Virus record (IMG/VR): IMGVR_UViG_3300038465_000091
Span: 159,507-223,506 of that record
DNA: 64,000 bases
Reading direction: 5' to 3' (one strand)
Under the pieces are notes generated by a model that was not told where the DNA came from, ran no database searches, and worked only from the letters and a program-made list of their open reading frames with translations. The first letter of the stretch is position 1. Each line of letters starts with the position of its first letter. A program made the position numbers and the translations under genes. Below are positions 19,127-28,642 of this stretch, piece by piece.

Positions 19127-19789
19127 ATGTCCGTTTCGTTTGGTCCTAAAATCCCGCAACTTTTCGTCAGCGCAGCCCTCGGTGATAACTACTACACTGC
19201 GGGTGAGGCAATGCTTCGTAGTTTTCAAGCATTGATTCAGCCGAATGTCATCGGCGTCGGGCTGAACACACCGCCCGGCTCACCTGCCAACGGGGACTCC
19301 TACGTTGTTGGGACTGCTCCCACGGGTTTGTGGACAGGCCAAGCCAACAGTATCGCCTATTGGACTACGGATGATCCCACCAACATACCGGGCTACTGGA
19401 TGTTCTTTGTCCCTAAATCGGGATGGATTGTAGGGAGCGCAGGTCAAATCTATATCTTTGGCACATCGTGGGGGCTCATCTCCTCAGGAGTAGCGATCAA
19501 TAATCAGACAGTCAACTACGTCGCCGCCTTGTCCGACAACAACAACATGACGGACATGAACATGGCTACACCCGGCACGTTCACGGTTCCACCGAACTCC
19601 AGCGTGGCTTTTCCGATTGGCGCGGTTCTGACCGTGGTTCAAGCGGGGATAGGTCAAATCACGTTTGTACAGGGCGCTGGTGTGACCATTAACACCCCCG
19701 CATCGCTGGCAACCCGTACTCAGTTTTCAACAATTGCTGTGACTCAAACCGCCGCAAATGTTTGGCTGGCTAGTGGAGACCTCGCCTAA
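19127..19789 (+). CDS. DUF2793-like tail-associated protein
   Basis: NTPPGSPANGDSYVVGTAPTGLWTGQANSIAYW...W.F..PKSGW; C-terminal VPPNSSVAFPIG...W...GDLA fibre domain. Confidence 0.75.
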   Translation: MSVSFGPKIPQLFVSAALGDNYYTAGEAMLRSFQALIQPNVIGVGLNTPPGSPANGDSYVVGTAPTGLWTGQANSIAYWTTDDPTNIPGYWMFFVPKSGWIVGSAGQIYIFGTSWGLISSGVAINNQTVNYVAALSDNNNMTDMNMATPGTFTVPPNSSVAFPIGAVLTVVQAGIGQITFVQGAGVTINTPASLATRTQFSTIAVTQTAANVWLASGDLA

Positions 19790-20713
19790 ATGAATACGAC
19801 GTTCAAACTATTTCCACACCGCCACAAATGGTTCTCCAAGTATAATTACATTCCGAGTCCGGGAGGTCGTGTTCTTAACACGGTTTATCAGAACACAAAT
19901 GTGAAATCCCTCATCGTTATAGGAGCCGTTAGCGGAATCATGACTATCTTAAGTGATAGCTCTCCGACTCCAACCACTACAATTCTTCAAGGACATGGGT
20001 TTCTGAATCAATGGTTTCCCTTCACTGTCATCGTTCCTCCGGGTGACTACTATGAGATCGTGGGAACGCCTCCTAATTTGCAACTAGAAGCCGAGCTAAC
20101 GGTCAACGGCAGCCCTGTCGTGTTTTCAGGTGATCTCGGTCCAGCAGGCGCAAACACTCGCGCAATGAACACCGTTTATCAAAACACGGCAAGCAAGGCA
20201 AAACTGATCGTGGCGAACATCGGCTCTTCCACTAGCGGTACCATTGGCTTGATCTGTGACGCTTCACCGACTCCAACGACAATAATCGGCGATTCCGTCA
20301 TGTCCAACGGCAGCACATATCAGTTTCCGATGGTCATGATGGTGCCTCAAGGATACTATTACCAAGTAACGGGGTCAGCGACAGTTTCGAACTGGAATGA
20401 GTATACGCTTCCTTTTGGAGCAACGCAGTCGATTGATCTTGTCGGGAGCCGATCCTACGACACGCCCTACTCCGCAGGCGTGAAGGATATGTGGATCACC
20501 GCTTCAGGTAATGTGACGGGTGCGGGTCAAGTCTCTTCTTCTGGCGCTGGTCAACCGGATCCAGTCGGGCAAACCGCATGGTCAACTTGGCTGGGACTGG
20601 ATGCCATGTCTTGGGCACTCGTCCAGCCAAATGACGTGTATGTTCAGACAGCAGTTCAGACAGCAGGAGTGGACGGGACGTTAACACACTGGTTCGAGTA
20701 CGTTTTGGGTTAA
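19790..20713 (+). CDS. Fibre-tip-like protein, paralog of the C-terminus of 15674..19102
   Basis: R..NTVYQNT repeats, WNEYTLPF, and C-terminal TLTHWFEYVLG versus TLAHWWEYTLG. Confidence 0.7.
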   Translation: MNTTFKLFPHRHKWFSKYNYIPSPGGRVLNTVYQNTNVKSLIVIGAVSGIMTILSDSSPTPTTTILQGHGFLNQWFPFTVIVPPGDYYEIVGTPPNLQLEAELTVNGSPVVFSGDLGPAGANTRAMNTVYQNTASKAKLIVANIGSSTSGTIGLICDASPTPTTIIGDSVMSNGSTYQFPMVMMVPQGYYYQVTGSATVSNWNEYTLPFGATQSIDLVGSRSYDTPYSAGVKDMWITASGNVTGAGQVSSSGAGQPDPVGQTAWSTWLGLDAMSWALVQPNDVYVQTAVQTAGVDGTLTHWFEYVLG

Positions 20714-20800
20714 GAGAGCTTTATTTATCAGTAGTTTACTGGATTATTTGACTTTAGTATTCAAAGATAGGGGACGATTTCCCTCCATGGAGAATCAAAA

Positions 20801-21037
20801 ATGTCGAAAAAGATAGCAGCACAAGATGCCACAGCAATGAACAGCCTGTATGCTGGCGAACTCGGTCGCCTCGGCCTCAAGGTCGCACAGAAGGACGCAA
20901 AGGACTCAGCCGCAGGGCAGTCTCACGACCCTCAGGCTTTCGCCGACCACCAAAATTATATGGATATCCTCGAATCGGTTCTGAAGGAAGACGAAAAGAC
21001 GGACGGCGAAGCCGCTAACGACCCGATCACCGACTAA
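20801..21037 (+). CDS. Small putative head protein (78 aa)
   Basis: GGAG RBS, upstream late-type motif, SKKIAA and LKVAQ sites. Confidence 0.65.
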   Translation: MSKKIAAQDATAMNSLYAGELGRLGLKVAQKDAKDSAAGQSHDPQAFADHQNYMDILESVLKEDEKTDGEAANDPITD

Positions 21038-21046
21038 GGAGGAAAG

Positions 21047-24000
21047 ATGAAGCTGGACGCCACACAAGCGGCGGCTGCCAAGCTTTCCCACCTAATCGAG
21101 CCCGGGCGAACCGTCTATTCCACAGACGGCCACGCCTATAGGGTCTTGTCAAAGATCGCCGCTGGCGGCTCCTTGAGCTTCCGACTTGCGAACCTTCAGG
21201 GACAGCCGGTTCCAATCCCCGCAGACTTCTCCCCGATTGACGGGGCTCGGATGCGTTTCGCGTCCTTCCTGAAGTTCGCATTCAACAAAGACCTCACTGC
21301 GATTGTCAACTCACTGATTGAACAGGCGGGGCTCCCCACTGACCCAGCGATGAACTGGGCTGGGTGGTTTCAAAAGGTCTATGGCGAAATCCTAGCATCT
21401 GTTACCCCCAACTTTGATCTCCAAGACGAGATCATGTACAACACCGTCATTAAGCTCCTGATGATGCGTAAGGACAAGGACGGAAAAACACTTCTGGAAA
21501 ACGCTGCCGACAAAATTTCAGGTTTGTCCAGCGGCATTAACAAGATAAAGCGTCAACTTCGTGATCCGAACTTGACTCCAGACGAAAAGAAGACGCTAGA
21601 GAATCGACTCCACTGGCAGGAAAAAGTTAAGGCTGATCCTGTGGAGAAACAAGTCAGCAGCCTCCTGAAGAAAACTTTCGAGTATTACGCACGACATCAT
21701 GCTCGTGTGGATGCGAAAAATTACGCCTATTCGGTGCATACCCCCAGCCATCGCCTCGAAACGGAAAATATCGAAGACGTTGCTATCGAACAACCCACAC
21801 CATCTGGAGAGGGAACGTATAATATCCTTGATACCGAGGAACACGGCGTGGCTCCGGGCGTCGGACTGGGCGAGTCCGAACGCGACATCATGCAGTTCAT
21901 CGATCAATTCCAAGAGTGGGTGAGGGGCAAGGAGACCCCGAAATCCGCTCCTAACTATGCCGAATTGCTCAGGATTTACTGGGATCAGGCACAGCGAATT
22001 GACGATGTTAAGATCAGCGATCTGACTCAAGAGTGGATTCGCCGCACAGGTTTGAGCTTTGACTCCCTGAAGCAGTATCGGGATAAGCTCGGCATCCTGA
22101 TTCGAGATTTCGTCTACGAGAACAAAGTCCAACTGGGCAACTCCTACAAGTTCGTGGACTTGCTAAAGCACATGTTCCCGCCGCCAAAGCAAAAAGCACG
22201 TCCCGCCAAGGCTTCGTCCGACCACCATCACGACCGAACCGAATGCAGAAAGTGCGGCAATGTCCAGACTTGCCGTTGCCCTGCGACCAAGGTCACGTCC
22301 TATGTGGCTTCCTGCGACAACTGCAAGACGGCGGATGGTTTGGAAGCACGAGTGCTTGATCCGAACTGTCCTGAATACAAAAAATACGCCGATGATTTGA
22401 TCCGTCGCTTCGGTCAGACATCGCAGGTCTCCGAGATGCTGGGACAATTCGAAGATGAGCATTTCCCCACTTGTGTACACTGCCAGCAATACAATCAGGA
22501 TTGGCGGGCAGGTAAGGTATCAGCGGCAAAACCCAAGTGCCCCCATTGTGGCTCTGACGATTACGGCTTGATGCCCACGGACTTCGAGACCGCCAAGTGC
22601 AATGGTTGCGGCAAGAACTGGAATCATGGCATCGTCAAGGGTATCAATGATCCGAAGGAAGCTGCTCGCACGGCGGATGATGAAGGAGGGGGTAAAACGT
22701 GCGAAAATTGTGGGAGTTATTACGGTGGGTATACATGTCTTAATTGTGGGCGAAAAAAGAAGCTGGAAGAAGAGGTAGATCGTACCAGCAAGGAACTCAA
22801 GAAGTTCCCCAAGGGACCAACAGGCATGACGCCCGACGATGTGAAGGCTACTCCCGAATGGCAGGCGGCTAAACGTAATTACGGTCAAGCCTTCGCCAAG
22901 CTGCGAGAGTTCAATTCCAAAAAGTGTGCTGCCGATGATCCGACTCGTGACACCCTTGACGAGACGCTGAAGTATGACAACCCAGACAAGGACACCAAGG
23001 GGTTCCACGACCCCGCCGACCTCGGTCAATGCGCCTGTGAGTGGGATGAATGTCCGCTGGGTCACCAAGCGGGTGGGTGCCAGAATCCCGCAGCCCACAT
23101 GCTTGAAATCTATGGATACAAAACCCGCTACTGCCAGCCATGCACCGACGCAACTATCGAGTACATCCGATTGGAACAAGGCACTGGCGATCCCGATGAC
23201 ACGGTTAAGATTCTGTCCTCCGCACATACTGCTGGTGCCCCGTACTGCGACGGTTGTGATCGTCTGAAGGCAAACTGCATCTGCGAAGGCTGCGAGTGCC
23301 CAGAAAATAAAAACGCAGGCAAGTGGGGCGATAAAATCAAGAAGATGGAAGCTCGACGTGGCGAGTTCATCGAGAAAACTCTTAAGAATGCCGTAGGGCC
23401 AACGGAAGAGGATGATCTTGAGATGGCTAGGCGTGGTCCGATTCAATACGAGGAACTACCCGAAATGGAAACCCGAATTCGCCCACGAGAAGAACAGTCG
23501 AAATTTCCGACTCCTCGACCTACTACACGGCGTAAGGAGGGGATGCTCGGTCATGATTTTGTGGATGCCGATCAGCAAGCGATTCGCCCCGACATTACGC
23601 CGGGTGACACTGGGCGCTTACCTCATGGACGCACGCAGGGATCAGTTAAAGAATCTGCGGAACTTGCTGGTCGCGGCGGGGATAAAGATGACGTGCGCGG
23701 TGCGGGCGATCTGTGGCGTGAAGAGTTTTACCAAAGCGGCAATGCGCCCCCAAAGATTGCGACATCAGGTAAATGGAAAGTTCTTCTGCGGGATTCCAAG
23801 GGGAATCAGCGTGAGCAGGAGGTTTCAGGCGTAAATTACGGCTCTGCCGAACGTGCTGTGAGAAAATATATGAAGAATGGTGAAAGGGTTGTGTCGATGA
23901 CTATCGCAAGCAAGACGGCTGCCCCCGCTCCTGCGGCACCCGCACAGGCACAAGCACCAGCGCCCGCCCCAGCACCAGCAGCCACTCCCGCCCCTCCAGC

Positions 24001-26950
24001 GCAAGCGCCAAGCGCGAACACGGTAGTTGCCCCACCGCCCGGAACGCCGATTGCTCTTCCCTCGGGACAAGGAGAAGATACACCGGAAAAAAGAACAGTT
24101 CCGCCAGAAATCCCGAACAGGAAGTACCACATGACAAGTAAAAATTCCGCACTTAAAACCGAACAGAATACGCCAGAGATGGAAGCTCAGGTAGCTCAAC
24201 TGGCACAAACGAACCCGCTCACGGAGATTCACGAGAACTGCAACCCGTACTTCGAGCACGGGCAATGGTGGGTTGTCTGCGGGCCGTGCGGAGCCACTTG
24301 GTCGGTCGTTGATGTGGGTCAGTTCATCGGAGATGAGGGCGACATCGACCTTGAAGAGATTGATAACGGTGACGGTTCTTGTGCGGAGAATTTCCACGAG
24401 TCTGCCGATCACAGCAGCCCACGTCAGGGCTTCATCTATCAGGCGGAAATGTGGTGCCCGACTTGTGCGAAGGAGATCGCCGCCGACATTCAGAAGAACT
24501 ACCCTAAGCAGGTCCCCGCCGATCCAACGGATGAGTATTCTTATGATTCCGACAGCTACCCGAAGGGACCGTTCTTCGAGGAAGAATCAGACGCTCCTGA
24601 GCACTGCGCGGGCTGCCACATTTTCCTTGAGAACCCTCTGACCACGCATGGTCAGGAGTACATGCAGTCGATGGTTGACGAAGCTCTGGCGAAGGGACGC
24701 GGCGAAGAGCCGCACATCAAGGAATGGATGGACTTTTACGGCTATCATCCTGACACTGAGGGAGCCGAAGACGAACATGAGGCGTCCGCCGCTTCCGACA
24801 GAATCAATGCGATGCCGCAGCGTGGCAAGCCAAAGACTCCCGAAGAGTTGGGGCTGGTTGAGAAATCCGATACGGAACTCCGTCTTGAGGGGATTCCTCC
24901 GCGTCCTAAGAAAACCGCCGATGGCGCTTCGTTGCTTGAACCAGAAGTTAGCTTCGAAGATAAACCAGACCCCTTGCTCGACAACAGTAATAATTTGCAA
25001 AACTACAGCTATGCACCGCAGAAAGACACAACAGATAGTAGGGACACGGCCACGCTGGACGACAACATCGAAATTTTGAAACGTTACGGCTATGCCCTTT
25101 TCAGTGGTGGAAAATCGGGTGGGAAACAATTCTGGAAAAGTCCCATTGGAACTGTAGTTATCATGTCCACCAGCGGTGAGTGGATGTTTGGTGCGGACGG
25201 TACCAGAGGAACGACCAGCACGGATTTAGACAGTAAGCTTTTGAAATACCACCACAAAATGGTCCCAAAAGCGGGGGCGTCCAAAACCGCCGAAATTGAT
25301 ATGGGTCAGCTTGAGAGCGTGCAGGATCGAAAAGATCGCCTGAGCAAGCCCGACAAGAGTCCGATGTACGGCGTGACACTTCTTCGCGAACTTTCAGCCC
25401 CCGGCATTCCAAAGGGTGAAGTGATCGTGTTCGGTTATTACTACCCAGATGGGCAATGGGGCAAGCAGCAGCTTCAATGGTGGACAACGATGGCGAAGAC
25501 CGAGTATGATAGCACCGTCACTCAGGTCAAACGTCGCAGTCGCGGTACGAATCAGGAAAAGTCAACGGCCCTGTACGAGTCGTTGAAAGGACGTGGTACG
25601 GCGGTTGAGCCGGGTACGTCGTCTGACGCTATCATCGAGCAATTCAAGACGCAGAAGGAATCATCCATGGAAAACAAACAGGCTGCAATCGCACAACCCA
25701 CGTCTGGCGAGGACGAAGGCTATTACGTCAAGGTCACCTACACTAAGGGCGGTATTGATCTGAGCCCGACTGAGAATCTTCTAAGGGAAGTCGCCGAGGA
25801 GCAAATGCAGGATGAAAGCGGCAACTCGACTTATGAGTTCGCCCACAACATTGAGCTTGACGACATCTGGGAAATGATGGAGGATTTCTTCACCAATGGC
25901 TGGGAGAAAGTAAATCCCGAGGATATTGGTGCGCTAACTGACGGAGAAATCTTCTCCGATCCCAACGGCAACGTCTACTGGCATGAGCGGTATCAGATCG
26001 AAAGCATGACCGATGAACTGAAGGCAGGCAACACGGTGTTCATGCAGTACGGCGGCAATCTGTTCGATGAGGAAGATGAAGAAACGCCTGCTCCCGATCC
26101 GAACCAGATGAACCTCCCACTCCAGTCTTCCAAGAAGGAAGCCACGGGCGAGATGAGTCAGTCCGAGGCTGATGACCGTGAGGCATGGCCGATGCACCAC
26201 GCTATCGCTGACGCTCTGGGCGGCACGGTCAAGGCTTTTGACCAGTATCAAGGTCCGTACGTTCTTGTGGGCTCTGAGGCTCGCGGACAGGGCACCTATG
26301 CTCCCGCAATCCCGATGAAGGGTACCGTGCGCCTCTGGGTACAGGCGGACGAGGGTAGTGACGGGGCATTCCTGACCGTCTACAACGAAGACAACGATAA
26401 AGTTAGCGAGCCGTTCCATTGGGAAGACATGGAAGGCGCGGTCAATGCCGCCATGAGCGTAATGGGCGATGAGCCCGAGACAATCGAAGCCTCCACCAAG
26501 CAGGCGGAACTTGACATCCCCAAACCGGACAGTTGGGGGTGTACTTGTTCAGATAAAGGAGCACGCGGACAACACAAGTCCAATTGTCCTAAGGCTCCGA
26601 AGCAACGTGGCGAGTACCACGGCGCGAGTAAGCAAGCAGCGCCCGGCGACGGTGGACTACAACGCGACGTGCAGAACCAGTACGAGAACCACCCCCTGAT
26701 CGAAATGCTGTGGGGTTCCCTGAAACGTGACCCAGCGAACAAAGATCGCGTCCAGACGGCATGGGGCACCAAGACGAAGCAGGGTTTGGTGCTCAGTGTA
26801 GCTCGCGCCATGAAGGAAAGCCCCGTCTCGGGTAAAGAAAGCAGTCAGAAATGCAAATGCGGCAAACCGACAGCTAAAGGCGATCACCGCTGCGAGGACT
26901 GCCGCTCAAAACAGCATTCCGAGGCAGAAAAAGCGACTGGCGTAGAATAA
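21047..26950 (+). CDS. Giant mosaic polyprotein 1 (1967 aa), putative virion cargo
   Basis: AAGGAGG RBS; about 390-aa helical N-terminal domain followed by more than 20 short unrelated modules (many CxxC) separated by KTA/KEA/KQA/KES/HES/HEA. Confidence 0.75.
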   Translation: MKLDATQAAAAKLSHLIEPGRTVYSTDGHAYRVLSKIAAGGSLSFRLANLQGQPVPIPADFSPIDGARMRFASFLKFAFNKDLTAIVNSLIEQAGLPTDPAMNWAGWFQKVYGEILASVTPNFDLQDEIMYNTVIKLLMMRKDKDGKTLLENAADKISGLSSGINKIKRQLRDPNLTPDEKKTLENRLHWQEKVKADPVEKQVSSLLKKTFEYYARHHARVDAKNYAYSVHTPSHRLETENIEDVAIEQPTPSGEGTYNILDTEEHGVAPGVGLGESERDIMQFIDQFQEWVRGKETPKSAPNYAELLRIYWDQAQRIDDVKISDLTQEWIRRTGLSFDSLKQYRDKLGILIRDFVYENKVQLGNSYKFVDLLKHMFPPPKQKARPAKASSDHHHDRTECRKCGNVQTCRCPATKVTSYVASCDNCKTADGLEARVLDPNCPEYKKYADDLIRRFGQTSQVSEMLGQFEDEHFPTCVHCQQYNQDWRAGKVSAAKPKCPHCGSDDYGLMPTDFETAKCNGCGKNWNHGIVKGINDPKEAARTADDEGGGKTCENCGSYYGGYTCLNCGRKKKLEEEVDRTSKELKKFPKGPTGMTPDDVKATPEWQAAKRNYGQAFAKLREFNSKKCAADDPTRDTLDETLKYDNPDKDTKGFHDPADLGQCACEWDECPLGHQAGGCQNPAAHMLEIYGYKTRYCQPCTDATIEYIRLEQGTGDPDDTVKILSSAHTAGAPYCDGCDRLKANCICEGCECPENKNAGKWGDKIKKMEARRGEFIEKTLKNAVGPTEEDDLEMARRGPIQYEELPEMETRIRPREEQSKFPTPRPTTRRKEGMLGHDFVDADQQAIRPDITPGDTGRLPHGRTQGSVKESAELAGRGGDKDDVRGAGDLWREEFYQSGNAPPKIATSGKWKVLLRDSKGNQREQEVSGVNYGSAERAVRKYMKNGERVVSMTIASKTAAPAPAAPAQAQAPAPAPAPAATPAPPAQAPSANTVVAPPPGTPIALPSGQGEDTPEKRTVPPEIPNRKYHMTSKNSALKTEQNTPEMEAQVAQLAQTNPLTEIHENCNPYFEHGQWWVVCGPCGATWSVVDVGQFIGDEGDIDLEEIDNGDGSCAENFHESADHSSPRQGFIYQAEMWCPTCAKEIAADIQKNYPKQVPADPTDEYSYDSDSYPKGPFFEEESDAPEHCAGCHIFLENPLTTHGQEYMQSMVDEALAKGRGEEPHIKEWMDFYGYHPDTEGAEDEHEASAASDRINAMPQRGKPKTPEELGLVEKSDTELRLEGIPPRPKKTADGASLLEPEVSFEDKPDPLLDNSNNLQNYSYAPQKDTTDSRDTATLDDNIEILKRYGYALFSGGKSGGKQFWKSPIGTVVIMSTSGEWMFGADGTRGTTSTDLDSKLLKYHHKMVPKAGASKTAEIDMGQLESVQDRKDRLSKPDKSPMYGVTLLRELSAPGIPKGEVIVFGYYYPDGQWGKQQLQWWTTMAKTEYDSTVTQVKRRSRGTNQEKSTALYESLKGRGTAVEPGTSSDAIIEQFKTQKESSMENKQAAIAQPTSGEDEGYYVKVTYTKGGIDLSPTENLLREVAEEQMQDESGNSTYEFAHNIELDDIWEMMEDFFTNGWEKVNPEDIGALTDGEIFSDPNGNVYWHERYQIESMTDELKAGNTVFMQYGGNLFDEEDEETPAPDPNQMNLPLQSSKKEATGEMSQSEADDREAWPMHHAIADALGGTVKAFDQYQGPYVLVGSEARGQGTYAPAIPMKGTVRLWVQADEGSDGAFLTVYNEDNDKVSEPFHWEDMEGAVNAAMSVMGDEPETIEASTKQAELDIPKPDSWGCTCSDKGARGQHKSNCPKAPKQRGEYHGASKQAAPGDGGLQRDVQNQYENHPLIEMLWGSLKRDPANKDRVQTAWGTKTKQGLVLSVARAMKESPVSGKESSQKCKCGKPTAKGDHRCEDCRSKQHSEAEKATGVE

Positions 26951-26992
26951 CCAGTAAAATCCAACTTTTTGACTCATTAACAGGAGTACACC

Positions 26993-28147
26993 ATGGCAAA
27001 CAAAGTGAAGAAGGCAAATCGTGAGACCGTCCGTAAGGCTATCGTAGCCCGTCGCGAAGCTCGCAAGCAGGAAAAAGCCGCGAATTATGCAAAAATGCGC
27101 GAATGCGCGAAGTCTCCAGCGAAGTTCGCCAAGGCCCTTGACGAGCTTGTAGCGAAGACCGCACGTCAAGCCTACAGCATGGACGCCCTCCGCGAAAATC
27201 TCGGATTGGTGAAATTTGCCAAGGAAGTTCCCGCCAAGGTCCGCATCGCCGCCGCTAAGAATTACGGCAAGAAGTTTGTCCGTATCGCCGAAGAGCAGCC
27301 AGACATTCTGGCTGACGCCCTCCAGCAAGCCTACAAGGGCTTGGATGAGCAGGCAGCGGCCATGGAAATCGCCGCCGAAGCTCTGGGTATCGATCTGGGT
27401 GCCTCGCCTGCTGAGAAGGCATTCACCGACGAAGGCAAGCACGAACTTGAGCTTGGCGAAGACAAGGGCGAAGAGAAAGCGACAGAAGAAGGTCCTGATT
27501 TCGGAGCCGAAGAAGAGACCGAAGCGGAAGAAGGGGCCGATAAATTTGTATCGGATTCTGAAGCGGAGGCCGAACCTTTGCCCGAGGAAGATAAAGAAGC
27601 CAGTGGTTCCGACGCTTTTAGCACCGACCGCGACGAAGGTGGGTCGCCGAAAGCACCACAAAAGACTCAGAGCCCACAGGCTCAGGGCGAAGCGGCAAAG
27701 CAGTCGGCAGCGCAAGGCGCTGGCAAATTCGTAAAGGAAATCCCGCAGGCTCAGGGAAAGACAGCGGTCACCGAAGCAAAGCATTGTCCCGAGTGTAAAT
27801 ACCCGGGGAGAACGGTTGAACCTGAGACTGGCAAATGCCGTCATTGCAAAAAGAAAGTGATGGAGCCGTTCGACAAGAAGGCCGCAATGGGCAAGAAAGA
27901 TTTCATCGCCTTGGCGGATGCAATCAAGAACATGAGCGTTGGACCTGATGAGAAGCGAAATATCGCTGAAGGTCTGTGCGAGACGTTTCGCGCATCCAAC
28001 CCACGTTTCATGAAAGATCGTTTCATGGACTACGTTATGGGCCTCGGCGGTTCGAGTGGCGGTAAGGTGAAGCCGCAAGGAACGCCACGCCCGCGCAAGG
28101 GCGTCATTGATCCGTATGCTAGTGCTGGTGGGCATCCTTTGGAGTAA
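26993..28147 (+). CDS. Putative internal head protein
   Basis: AGGAG RBS; shares DAFSTDRDEGGSPK with ORF 1496; after KKAA carries the module MGKKDFIALADAIK...NPRFMKDRF. Confidence 0.65.
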   Translation: MANKVKKANRETVRKAIVARREARKQEKAANYAKMRECAKSPAKFAKALDELVAKTARQAYSMDALRENLGLVKFAKEVPAKVRIAAAKNYGKKFVRIAEEQPDILADALQQAYKGLDEQAAAMEIAAEALGIDLGASPAEKAFTDEGKHELELGEDKGEEKATEEGPDFGAEEETEAEEGADKFVSDSEAEAEPLPEEDKEASGSDAFSTDRDEGGSPKAPQKTQSPQAQGEAAKQSAAQGAGKFVKEIPQAQGKTAVTEAKHCPECKYPGRTVEPETGKCRHCKKKVMEPFDKKAAMGKKDFIALADAIKNMSVGPDEKRNIAEGLCETFRASNPRFMKDRFMDYVMGLGGSSGGKVKPQGTPRPRKGVIDPYASAGGHPLE

Positions 28148-28156
28148 TCATGTTTT

Positions 28157-28549
28157 ATGACCTCCAAGAAAAACGCTAAGTCGTCTCCCGCGCCATCTGA
28201 ACCGCTTCCCACCCCGACTAGTCCCGCACCTGTGGCGGTCGAAGAAAAGCTCGGGCTTCCGCACAGAATCATCAAGTTCATTGCCGCCGCATTCTCCGAA
28301 AAGGGGGAGCCTAGCAGCGCCCGCATTCTTAGTGGTTGGTTGAGTGTGTCCAGTATGGCGTTGATTTGGTTTATGGTGCGGCACATTTTCTACACCGATA
28401 ACCCAGAAAAGCTCATAACGTGGGTTGGCGGGATGCCAGCGATTATCTATGCTCTGGCGGCGTTTGCCATTAGCCCGTTTGGTCTGGCGAAGATCAGCAG
28501 TATTTGGAACAAAGATAAAGATAGGGACAAAGACGAGAGCAAAGGATGA
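28157..28549 (+). CDS. Two-TM membrane protein, holin candidate
   Basis: SSAR followed by two hydrophobic helices and a highly charged C-terminus (KDKDRDKDESKG). Confidence 0.5.
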   Translation: MTSKKNAKSSPAPSEPLPTPTSPAPVAVEEKLGLPHRIIKFIAAAFSEKGEPSSARILSGWLSVSSMALIWFMVRHIFYTDNPEKLITWVGGMPAIIYALAAFAISPFGLAKISSIWNKDKDRDKDESKG

Positions 28550-28642
28550 AGAAGTATTTCAAAAGCGTGATCGTCTGGTGCTGGGCGTGGTAGTAGTGGA
28601 CAGCAACCTGTTCGTCATCATGCGTTGGGTTAACCCGTAGTC

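Noticed and set aside
18190-20713. Diversity-generating retroelement TR/VR pair in fibre tips
   Set aside because: Repeats are similar only at protein level, with no adenine-specific near-identical copy and no reverse transcriptase in the window.
21047-26950. Tape measure protein or intein-containing protein
   Set aside because: No long amphipathic helical repeats or lysozyme domain, and no intein C/S...HN-C/S/T termini or LAGLIDADG motifs seen.
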